A stretch of DNA of 63,891 bases, filler included, from Ministeria vibrans ATCC 50519 (taxonomy: Eukaryota > Protista > Filasterea): assembly GCA_943704425.1 (NCBI GenBank). It is 11 parts of 11 records of this genome, joined end to end, with 100 filler letters (N's around TTAATTAATTAA, not from the genome) between each part and the next. Parts side by side here need not be neighbours in the genome. Positions count along the whole stretch, not along the records: positions 9,761 to 32,739 come from CALSCP010001072.1; 10 more parts are not named here. One strand, given 5' to 3'. Position 1 is the stretch's first letter; every line of letters begins with the position of its first letter. Shown piece after piece: positions 12,003 to 24,670 of this stretch. Below the pieces are notes generated by a model. That model had not been told where the DNA came from. It made no database searches and was given only the letters and a program-made list of their open reading frames with translations. A program made the position numbers and the translations under genes.

Positions 12003-12417
12003 TGTCACTCAAAATAAATGAATGACTACTCCTCTTAATCATTAATGATCAATGAATAAAATTTAATACGGTCTTATCATAGTGTGTAGGAATAAATTTG
12101 ATTGTTTGTTTTCATTGTCTGACAGAAAACACCTCTAAGGCGGTGATCTTTGTGGGTCGGGGAAGAGAACGACGAAGGTTTCCCGCAATTCCCGGAGTGT
12201 ACTCACTCAGACACGCGGGCTAACCCCTGGCACACCACACTGACCACAGTCTGTCTGTTCAAAGAGCGTGAGTCTGAAAGATCAAAGATTGACAGTCCGA
12301 CAGCGACCGACACGGTCCCAGATCTGTCTCTTTGCGTAGTGATGGTATCATTAATCATTATGAAATGGGCTCCTACTCATATTCTTTTTGTATTTGTTTG
12401 TTTCTCCCACTGACTGC

Positions 12418-13790
<1,373 letters not shown>

Positions 13791-14311
13791 GTTAATATTT
13801 GAAAAGAGAGAGAGGAGAGAAAAAAAGTGAAAAAACTAAATTATTATTACTAAGATTGTTGAATAACGTTCGAATTAACCCACAAAGCAGCTTATAAGAT
13901 CAAAAGATACAGGCGATACAGGCCAAGTCGCAAAGAGCTGTTATTCGATTGCCACATAAGTCTGAACAACGAGAAAACTTACAGTCTTACACCGATCTCC
14001 TTAGAAGAATGTCCAAACTCCAAAACATATTTCAGTAGATATGTGAACCTTGACTTTCTTTTAGGCGTCTGTCTGCCCGTCAAGTGCCGGGTGAAGCGAC
14101 GAGGTCTGCGAGGATACAATTACAATTTAATGAGTGGATGGTGACAGGCGTCAGACAGCCGCCTTTGCTCATAAAGAGTGAAACAACTCTGTGAAACTGA
14201 AAAAGACCCAAGTCAAAAAAATATAAAAATTAATAATTACTCGTCGTAACTGTTAACACTTAACAACACTTTTTATCGACTTGTTTTCAGTAGAGCAAAA
14301 ACCCCCCTTCA

Positions 14312-17156
14312 ATGCTTGTTGTTGCGACACTGCTTGCGCTGGCTGCGGCTGTGCGCGGCGAGTACCTTGTGGGCGCAGGGCGGGCCGACATCACCGGACC
14401 CGCTGCGCAGGTCAACATGATGGGCTACGCCATGCGTAAGCACGCCCCCTCTCTGCCCCCTCACTGCCCCTCTCTCTCCCTCTCTCCGTCTCTCTCTCTC
14501 TCCGTCTCTCTTTCTTGTCGTTTCTGCCCTTTTCCCTTTGTCATCCGTCTTCTTTTCCTTACAAATCGTCATTTCCAGACCGATTTGTCCCCTCCCATTC
14601 TTCTCTGCCCACCCTGTACAGCGATACGCATCGACTTTCCACCCCGAATAATGCCCCATTCGCCAGCTTGACCGCTTTTTTTTTCTTTTTTTATTATGCT
14701 TATTGTTTCTTCTCTCTCTCTGGTGCGTAGCTGGCCAGACGACCAAGGGCATCCACACACGACTCTACTCGCGTGCGTTTATCATTGGGGAGACGACGCC
14801 GGGCGGCAAGCGTGCCTGCTTTGTCTCCATTGATGCGTGCATGGGTTCGCAGATTATGCGCATGAACGTCCTCACCAAACTGCAGACGCTGTACGGCCCG
14901 CTGTACAACACGGACAACCTGATCATCTCGGGGATCCACACGCACTCGGGGCCCGCCGGCTACTTCCAGTATGTGCTCTTTGAGATCACCTCGCTGGGCT
15001 TTGTCAAGGAGTCGCTGGATGCCATTGTTGACGGCATTGTCCTCTCCATCCAACGCGCACACGACAACCTCACGCCCGGCTCGATCACCGCGGCGCACGG
15101 CGAGCTTCTCGACGCGAGCGTGAACCGCAGTCCCAGTGCCTACCTGAACAACCCGGCCGAGGAGCGGGCGCGCTACCAGTACAACACGGATAAGAATGTG
15201 ACGCAGTTGCGTATCCGCGCCTCCAACGGCACCGACATGGGCGCCATCAACTGGTTTGCCGTGCACTGCACGTCGATGAACAACAACAATTCGCTCATCA
15301 GCAGCGACAACAAAGGCTACGCCTCGGCCATGTTTGAGCGCGAGATGAACAGCGCCCCGCGCGATCCCAACGTTGCACCTTTTGTCGCTGCCTTTGCCCA
15401 GAGCAATGAAGGCGACGTCTCGCCCAACACAGACGGTGCCAAGTGCATCAAGGGGCCACAGGTGAACATGCCTTGCGACTTCAACTCAAGGTATATTGTA
15501 TAGTCTGTCGAGTATCATAGTATTGACAATATTGTAATATTGTGTGGTGTTAGTACGTGTCTGGACGACAAGGGAAAGGCACGTGTGGAGCTGTGCATGG
15601 CACGGGGACCGGGTGGGATGGACGATGCACTGTCGACCAAGATTATTGGACAGAAGCAACTGGACAAGGCCAAGACACTGTTTGCAAGTGCGACGGAAGA
15701 AGTGACGGGCCCCATCGACTACCGTCACCAATTTATTGAGATGGGAGAGGCGCAAGTGCAACTGAGCAATGGAACGTGGCGCAAAACGTGTGTGCCGAGC
15801 ATGGGCGACTCATTTGCGGCCGGAACCACCGACGGACCCGGTGCATTTGACTTCAAGCAGGGCGATGCGACGGGAAACCCCTTTTGGGATGCAGTGGGTC
15901 ACCTGCTCAAGAAGCCGTCAAAAGAGCAGACGGAGTGTCAGGTGTGTGTTTATTAATTTTTTATCATCATTAATATCATTGGTCGTTTCATTTTTATCTT
16001 GGGCTTATTTTTTTTTGTTTTTGCTTTTGCGTCTGGTATTGTGCAGCATCCCAAACCAATCTTTTTGGACACGGGTGAGATTAAGGTCCCGTACGAGTGG
16101 CAGGTATATCAACCACACATTTTTGTCTCATTATACATTGTCTCTCATTTTCCCCCCACTTTTCTTTCCCGTTGTTCGTGTGTGTTTGTATAGGCACATG
16201 TGGTGGACGTGCAGGTGGTGCGCATTGGCCAACTGTTCATCATTGCCGTCCCCAGTGAGTTTACTACCATGGCGGGCCGACGCACGCGCGACGCTGTTGC
16301 CGCGGTGGTCCGTGCCAATGGCATTCCATCCGACCTTGTTGTCATTGCGGGTCTGTCCAACACCTACAGTGACTACACGACGACCTTTGAGGAATACCAG
16401 ATTCAGCGCTACGAAGGGGCGTCGACGGCCCACGGCCCCTTTACCCACTTGGCGTACACACAGGCACTCGTCAACATCACCAAGGACATGTTCGCCGGTG
16501 TTCCCAGCAACCCAGGTCCCGAGCCCCCGCATGACCAGTCCAAGCAGGTGTCCTTCCTCCCGCCCGTTCTTGAGGTAAAGGAAAAAAAAAAAAAAAAGAC
16601 GAAGAAAAAAAATGATGACGGCGACTCACTTGTGATCTGTTCTTTGGTGCAGGACTCGACACCGTCGGGCGTCAAGTTTGGCGACATGGTGGAGCAGCCG
16701 AGTGCGTCCTATACGGTAGGCCAGACTGTCACGGCAGTGTTTTGGTCGGCCAACCCGCGCAACAACGTGCGTCTTGAGGGTACCTTTTTGACGGTGGAGC
16801 GTCAGGCTTCAGCCGGTGCGCCCTGGCAGGTCGTGTACACTGACGCTGACTGGGAGACGCGCTACCGCTGGGAGGGCAAGATGCTGTCGTCGCACTCGCA
16901 CGCCAACATTACCTGGGACATCCCTGCAGACTACAAGGGCGTCGGGCTGTCTCACCGCATTCAGCACTTTGGCACTAGCAAGGCACTCGGTGGTCGTCTC
17001 TCTGACTTTGCTGGTACCTCGTCCACCTTCACTGTCACGGCTGCGCCCTTCGCCATTGCCAACAACGCCAACGACGACCTTTCTCTCCCCTTCCACCACA
17101 ACGACGATAACGTCGACGTCACCATCGACGGCGAAGTCAAACTGGTCCTTTTCTAA
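14312..17156 (+). CDS. ASAH2: Neutral ceramidase, secreted (multi-exon)
   Basis: Signal peptide; YLVGAGRADITGP..MMGYA; GIHTHSGPAG; NWFAVHCTSMNN; SDNKGYAS; NEGDVSPN; AAGTTDGPG; QRYEGAST. Confidence 0.96.
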
Positions 17157-17240
17157 TCCTCACACTCACTCACACACACACGAAATACTCACACACATAA
17201 TGAACGGTTATTCATAATAATAATTATTGTGTTGGTTATA

Positions 17241-20200
17241 TTATACATTTTCTTCGTGTCCGGCCGCGTCGTTGCCCACATCGTAGTAGGCGCGCAGCTC
17301 GTCGTCGGCGAGGCGCTCCTCCTTGGTTGGGCGGCGTTTCTCCTTGTTGAACAGGTCCATCTGTGCCCGCATGACACTCGGTGACATGGCGTACGCCTCG
17401 TCAGGATCGACCGACGAGCGCCCGTCGCCGTGCACCCGCAGCGACATTTCCAGGTCGTTTTGACTCACGTGGATCTTGTTGCGATGGCGTCCTCGCTTCT
17501 CAATAAACGACACGATTACAATGAGCAGGATAAGAACAACCAGAATCCCCGCAATCATGCCAAAGACCCACCAGAGGGAGGAGCCGCCGACCGTGTCCGG
17601 CTGGCGGGCACCTGACGTTGTCGCCATGAGCACGCTGAAGGACGTGACACACACCGTCAGCATGCCCGACTGCTCAATTGTCTCGTTCGCCAGCTGCACC
17701 CAGTTGTTGGCCGTCTCGTTGGACGCGCGCCAGGGGGCCACGGCAAGAATGGTCGTGTCGACGGGGAAGGTGAGACAGACAGGCTGCAGAAAGGTCGTGC
17801 CGTGCGGCATCAGAATGATCTGCGTCGACGCACGCAGACCGCGCGCGCCACTCGTCACAATGGACGAGCTCGACACATCCGAATACGCAATCTGCAGTGT
17901 GATGGGCGACGACACAGCATTGGCCGGAATTTCAATGGTGATATCGGCGCCTGCTAGCGTTGTCGTACGTCCCCCAAGACCCACAGCAATGTCATTGGTC
18001 GATGCGCAGAGGGTGCTCCCAATGAGTGTGGTACCGACGGGGCAGGCACACGAGAAGCTGACGCCCAACTGGGGCGTGCATACACCACCCCCCTGGCAGG
18101 GTGACGACGCACAGGCATCCACACGAGACTCGCACTGGGCACCTGTGTAGTCGACGGAGCATGCGCAGTCAAAGGAGAGCACGCCTGTGTCGTTGCACAC
18201 ACCCCCATTGGCACAGGGCGACGAGATGCACTCGTCGAGCTCCGAAAAGCAGTGGGTGCCACTGAGGCCGGCGGCGCACAAGCACGTGTAGCCGTCGAGC
18301 ATGTCGACGCATGTGGCGCCCGGTGCGCACGGGGACGACGCACACTCGTCCAGATCCACTGTGCAGTTTATGCCGGTATAGGCCGAGGAACACACACACG
18401 TGTAGGCGAGACCATCCACGAGACTGCCGATACATGTCGCGCCGTTCTGGCAAGGCATCAACGTCCCACAGGCACCCACGAGACATTGGTAACCCGGCAT
18501 GGTCGTCAACTCGCTGCAAAACTCATCCGCGGAGCATGGCGATGACTCGCACTCGTTAATATCCACGCTACAGTCGGCGCCAGTATAGCCAACGGCACAG
18601 ACACACACAGTCGCCGCGACCAGGTCGGTGCACGAGGCGCCATTGGTGCATGGCGACGACGCACACTCGTCCACCTCCGACGCGCACTCAGCGCCTGTGT
18701 AGCCAACGGCACACACACACACGTGTTGTGCAACGCCATCGACACAGGTGGCGCCATTCGCACAGGGTGACGACTGGCACTCGTCGATATTCTCGGCACA
18801 TGTTGCACCTGCAAACCCTTGCGCACAGGTACACGCGTACATGTTCGGCGTAGATGCAGGTGCGCTGCACGTCGCACCGTTGGCGCAAGGCAACGACGCG
18901 CACTCGTCCACGTCTGACTCACATTGACCACCTGTAAAGCCCACGACACAAGCACACTCAAAAAAGCCTGTGGCAGACCCCTCCGAGCACGTTCCGCCGT
19001 TGGAGCAGGGTGATGAGATGCACTCGTCGACATCCGACTCACAGAGCACACCGGTGACTCCCAGAGGACATTCGCAGGTGTACGATACAACGCCATCGAC
19101 ACAAGAGGCACCATTCGTACACGGTGAAGAGAGACACTCGTCAACATTCGCCGCACACGTGCTGTCGGTAAACCCTGCAGCGCAGGCACACTCAAAGTGG
19201 TTCGGCATGGATCCTTCAGAGCAACTTCCACCGTTGGCACAGGGCGACGAGGCACACTCGTCTACGTCCACTTCGCATTGGACGCCCGTGAATCCCGACG
19301 AACAGCTGCATGCAAAGCCAGCAACACCATCAATGCAGGAGCCTCCGTTGGCACAGGGCATGGAGAGGCACTCATCAAGGTCGATCGAACACTGCGTGCC
19401 CGTGTAGCCCTCGGCACAGGCGCAGTCATAGGTGTTCGGCAATGATCCTTCGGTGCAGGTGGCGCCGTTTGAGCACGGCAACGACACACACTCGTCCATG
19501 TCCACTTCGCATTGAACTCCGGTAAACCCGGGCGAGCATGCACAATCAAAGCCGTTGGCTATGGACACTTCCGTGCAGATTGCGCCGTTCGTACAGGGCG
19601 ACGATGCGCACTCGTCAATATCCGACTCACACACGCCGCCCGTAAATCCCTCGGCGCACACACACAGGAACGAGCCGGATGCCTCTTGCGTACAGATGGC
19701 TCCGTTGGCACACGGCGACGAGAGACACTCGTCAATGTCCTGCTCGCACAACAACCCGGTGAATCCCGCGAGGCAGGCACACTCAAAGAATTCTACAGAA
19801 GTCTCTTCGTCGCAAGAACCGCCGTTTTGACAGGGACTCGAGGCACACTCGTCGACGTCCGCCTCACAGTGATCGCCAGTGAACCCGGCGGGGCATGTAC
19901 ACGACCACGCACTACTGATCAGTGCGTCCACTGTGCACTCGCCGCCGTTTGAGCAGGGACTCGACAGACACGAGTCGGCAAACGCACAGGTGGCACCAAC
20001 ATATCCCGCCGCACACGCACACTCAAACGCATCAACCATATCAGTACATGTGCCTCCATTGGCACACGGCTCACTGGCGCACTCGTCCACGTCCGTCTCG
20101 CACTGAACACCCGAAAAGCCCTCGAGACAGAAACAACCAAATGCCGCACCCCACGAGCCACACTGACCACCGTTAAGGCACGGCGACGAGTCGCAGCCGC

Positions 20201-22512
20201 GCTGACGACAGAGGCACTCGTAGCCCCCAGACTCGGTGACGATGCACTCGTGATAGACATTGGAGGCACATGGTTGCGTAGCACACGCGCCATAATCGGC
20301 GGTGCAAAGCTCGCCGGTACGATCGGGCGGACAGGCACAACGGAAGCCACCCACAGCGTCGGTACAGGTTGCGCTGGGATCGCACGGTGACGACAAGCAG
20401 GCGTCGGCAATGTCGGTGGCGCATGTGAGTCCTGAGAATCCTGCAGCGCAGCTGCACGTGAACTCACCCTGTGTGTCCGAAGTGCACGTTGCGCCATTGG
20501 CACAGGGACTCGACGCGCACCCGGCGAGTTCCACGTCGCAGTAGGTGCCCGTAAACAGCGACGAGCAAGCACACGCAAGAAAGACACCCTCGCCATCGTC
20601 GGTGCAGGTACCACCATTGCGACACGGTTGCGCATCGCATCCGCGCGATTCGCATTGCACACCTGCAAGGCTGATGGAGCCACACACACACCTAAAACTG
20701 TTGATATCATCGACGCAGACGGGAGAGGGGCTGCCTGGGATTTGAACGCAAGGCGAGCTTGCACAATCGTCAATGTTTTCCGAACAGTCAACGCCCGTAA
20801 ACCCGGGGGCACACGACGCGCCCACGTCGACGCACACGTGTACGCCGCTGGCGATCATCACGCAAGGTTGCGAGAAATACGGACATGGGTTGGAGAGACA
20901 CGGGTCGGCAGGACACGCACAGAGAGGATTGGTTGAGTTTGTGGGACACTCGCATGAGTAGCCAGTCGACTGACTTGTCGAAGGGACGCACTCGAGCACG
21001 GCAAAGCAGGGCGACGAGGCGCACACATCAATCACTTGTGAACAGTCGGTACCCGTGAATCCTTCGGGACAGGCACACTCAAACATGTTGAGCATGGCCC
21101 CTTCGCTGCAGGAAGCGCCGTTTGAGCATGGTGACGAGGCACACTCGTTAAAATCGGTGTCGCAGAGAGTGCCGGTGAATCCAGGGGCACAAGTACACTC
21201 AAACAGGTTGGGCATGGCCCCTTCGCTGCATGTAGCGCCGTTTGAGCATGGTGACGAAGTACACTCGTTGATGTCGCTCTCGCATTGGGCACCGGTGAAC
21301 CCAGGGGCACAAGTACACTCAAACAGGTTGGGCATCGCCCCTTCACTGCATGTAGCGCCGTTTGAGCATGGTGACGAAGTACACTCGTTGATGTCGACTT
21401 CGCATTGGGCGCCGGTGAACCCAGGGGAACAAGTACACTCAAACAGGTTGGGCATCGCCCCTTCACTGCATGTAGCGCCGTTTGAGCATGGTGACGAAGT
21501 ACACTCGTTGATGTCGACTTCGCATTGGGCGCCGGTGAACCCAGGGGCACAAGTACACTCAAACAGGTTGGGCATCGCCCCTTCACTGCATGTAGCGCCA
21601 TTTGAGCATGGTGACGAAGTACACTCGTTGACGTCGACTTCGCATTGGGCGCCGGTGAACCCAGGGGCACAAGTACACTCAAACATGTTGGGCATCGCCC
21701 CTTCACTGCATGTAGCGCCGTTTGAGCATGGTGACGAAGTACACTCGTTGACGTCGACTTCGCATTGGGCGCCGGTGAACCCAGGGGCACAAGTACACTC
21801 AAACAGGTTGGGCATGGCCCCTTCGCTGCATTGTCCTCCGTTGATGCAGGGAGATGACGCGCACTCGTTGATGTCGCTCTCGCATAGGGAGCCGGTGAAC
21901 CCACTGTCGCATGTACACGAGAAAGTGTCAGGCGAAGACGGCGAGCAAGTGGCACCATTGCTGCATGGCGAGGAGATGCATGAGTCCTGCAGGGAGGTTT
22001 CGCAATCTTCGCCAGTGAACAGTGAGGGACAGACGCAGACAAAATCGTCGACGAGATCTTGACAGGAGGCGCCGTTGAGACAGGCGCTGCCATACAGGGC
22101 GCAATCGTCAATGTCAGTCTCGCACTGTACTCCTGTAAACCCCCCGGCACAGTCGCACTGGTACGTCTCTGTTTCTTGGCGACACGTCGCGCCGTTCGCG
22201 CATGGCAACGAGTCGCACAGACTCACCGCGTCGCACGCCTCTCCTGTCATTCCCGCGGGACACTCGCACATGTGAGCGTCCTCTGCCGCGTCAATACAAG
22301 TCGCAGTACCCACACACGGCGAGGACTGACACGTCGCCGACTGGGGAGAGAGAGAGAGAGAGAAGAAGGCAAAACCAAAAAAAAAAAAGAAACCGTGTGA
22401 GTTAATATATTTTGCAATTGACAGCGAGTGACACTGGTCTGCGTACCGCGAGATCGAAAGCCGACAGGAGGCAGCCAGCGACCAGGGCAAGGACGCAAAG
22501 AGAGCGGATCAT
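17241..22512 (-). CDS. Giant type I membrane protein: signal peptide, dozens of (Ca-binding) EGF repeats, ZU5-like domain, TM helix, ~80-aa tail
   Basis: Exon 1 MIRSLCVLALVAGCLLSAFDLA spliced to a ~5.1-kb exon of D-x-[DN]-EC-xSxPC-xNGxxC repeats; ZU5-like ITIEIPANAVSSPITLQI..LMPHGTTFLQPV; TM LWWVFGMIAGILVVLILLIVIVSFI. Confidence 0.9.
21075..21900. repeat. 120-bp coding tandem repeat (about 7 near-identical 40-aa EGF units)
   Basis: Lines starting at 21181, 21301, 21421, 21541, 21661 and 21781 are almost identical. Confidence 0.95.
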
Positions 22513-22775
22513 GTTCGATTCAACAAACAAAATAATTGAAATCTAAAAAGGGAATTAGGGAGAAGAATTCTTTTTATTTAACGAAATGAGAGACTTGCGT
22601 CACTCGTGGGCTGTTCATGAATCATGCGTCATGGTTAGAACTTAGATGGAGAGTTCAGAGTTGGAGACTAGAGTTACTCCAAGATAGCCTTTAGCAAGCC
22701 AAGGACTCAAGATCATAAGTCAGGAGAGAGTCTTCAATTTTCAAAAATCTATTCAAAAACATCAAAAAATTTGCA

Positions 22776-24068
22776 ATGTCTTTGGAAAATACGTGTGCGC
22801 TGGTATCGTGCTCCAGCCCTATCGAGATCAGCAATGGCTATGTGGACGTTCGCTTTCTGGAGCGCCCCTCAGACGCATCGCCTTTTACAGTGTCCTCGTC
22901 GAACTATTCGGCGCGCTTTCATCGACCCTGTTACACCAACCTCGTCTCAGGCACACAACGCGCGCGATCGTCGACCGTGGCGCTGACCAAAGGCGAACGT
23001 GCTGCAGTCTTGCTTGCCCATGAGACTGCCGAGTTCCACGACAGCGACGCCGATGTCGAGCAGAGGGCGACGGAGCTTGTCCAACTGTTGCGTCGGGCAA
23101 AACACGCCGTGGCGTTCACCGGAGCCGGCATTTCCACGTCGGCCGGCATTGGAGACTACCGTGGCAAAGATGGCAAGTGGACGGCGGAAGATCGGGACGC
23201 AGAGCTGGCCAAGAAGGTGGTGGTGGCGACTGCGGATGAGGAGGAGAGCAGAGCGGAGGAGGAGGAGGAGGAAGATGGCATCGAGTACGAGCATCTGCGC
23301 CCCACGTACACCCACGAGGCGCTCAAGGTGCTGTTGGACCGAGGACATCTTCACTATGTTATTTCGCAGAACGGCGACGGGCTCCACCGCCTCAGTGGTG
23401 TGGGCACCTCGCAACTGTCGGAATTGCATGGGAACGTATTTGTAGAGCATTGTGAAAAGTGCAATCGCGTGTACGAGAGACCGTACTACGTCATGTGGGA
23501 CGAGGCATCGCAGTACTACGAGGAAGTGCTGGATGGCGTGAAGAAGCACACGGTAAAGGCACCACCGCGCTCGGCGAAGCGTTGCGGTGGATGCGGTCTC
23601 ACGCACCGCACGGGACGCCGATGCGACAGCTGCAAGGGCTTCCTCAAGGACACCATTATCAACTTTGGAGACCAGCTGGATGAACCGGTGCTGTCGCGAG
23701 CCGAGAAAGAAGCAAAACAATCGGATTTGATGATTGTCCTTGGCTCGACCGTTCAAGTGACTCCCGCGTCGTCCCTTGTCTCGGCCGGAAGACGCACGCG
23801 CAATTTGGCGATGGTGAACCGACAAGAGACGGCCAAAGACCGACTGTGTACGGTGCGGACGTTTGGTGATGTGGACCGAGTGATGAAGATTGTGATGCGA
23901 TCACTGCTGGGCGCAAAAGAGGAGGGGGAAGTGATGGGGGAAGGGCGGGTGGGACGTCTGAGAGAGTATGCACACAAGAGACAAAGCGGAGATGGGGACA
24001 ACGGTGGCAGTGATGAGGGTGAGGAAGCGAGCGGTCGTCCTGTCAAGAAGAAACTCAAGAGAGTATAA
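22776..24068 (+). CDS. Class IV sirtuin (SIRT6/7-like NAD-dependent deacylase), intronless
   Basis: FTGAGISTSAGIGDYRGKDGKWT, PTYTH, ISQNGDGLHRLSG, ELHGNVFVEHC, HRTGRRC, LKDTIINFGDQL; C-terminal basic NLS-like KKKLKRV. Confidence 0.92.
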   Translation: MSLENTCALVSCSSPIEISNGYVDVRFLERPSDASPFTVSSSNYSARFHRPCYTNLVSGTQRARSSTVALTKGERAAVLLAHETAEFHDSDADVEQRATELVQLLRRAKHAVAFTGAGISTSAGIGDYRGKDGKWTAEDRDAELAKKVVVATADEEESRAEEEEEEDGIEYEHLRPTYTHEALKVLLDRGHLHYVISQNGDGLHRLSGVGTSQLSELHGNVFVEHCEKCNRVYERPYYVMWDEASQYYEEVLDGVKKHTVKAPPRSAKRCGGCGLTHRTGRRCDSCKGFLKDTIINFGDQLDEPVLSRAEKEAKQSDLMIVLGSTVQVTPASSLVSAGRRTRNLAMVNRQETAKDRLCTVRTFGDVDRVMKIVMRSLLGAKEEGEVMGEGRVGRLREYAHKRQSGDGDNGGSDEGEEASGRPVKKKLKRV

Positions 24069-24543
24069 TAAGAGCAGTACTAATACTAATGATGTATTAA
24101 TTATTTATTTTACTGCTCATTTCACATTGTCCCAGCTTACCAACCATTAACGGCAACGACAATAATGATAGCAAAACTAATAATAAAAATAAAAATAATT
24201 TAAGACCCAGAGTTCGATTTCCCACCGGAGAGTTCATGTGACACTGAGTACAGCTCTCGATTTCATTCGCGTCTTCATACAAATATTAATGTACCTAGGT
24301 ACACTATACCTCTCGATAAGACTTTCAAAGAGGGTATCCATCGATATTTTGTCCGTCTGACTTTCGCGCATGGACGGACCGGTGTACCTGCCTTCCTTGA
24401 TGCGCTGCATAGACGACATACGCAGGAACAACACAATCGATGATCATTGACAACGAGAATAATAAAATTAATTGTGTTTCTCTTCATTGTACAACAACTA
24501 ATTTCATTTCCTGGAGTTAAAACTTCATGAATTCCTACTAAAA

Positions 24544-24585
<42 letters not shown>

Positions 24586-24670
24586 TATTATTATAAATTT
24601 TTTGTTTGTTTAGTAATTTATTTTACCTTCTGTTGACGCACTTTGCTCAGCTGCTGCTCCGCCCAAATGC

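Noticed and set aside
21075-21900. Regular repeats as a CRISPR array
   Set aside because: Contiguous 120-bp coding units with no unique spacers and no cas genes.
17430-22400. Many long antisense and alternative-frame ORFs over the EGF gene and other GC-rich exons
   Set aside because: Shadow ORFs caused by codon bias and repeats; the true frame is evident from domain motifs.
17241-22512. Calling the giant EGF protein Notch or Crumbs
   Set aside because: No LNR, ankyrin or laminin-G domains and no ERLI tail; only generic EGF similarity.
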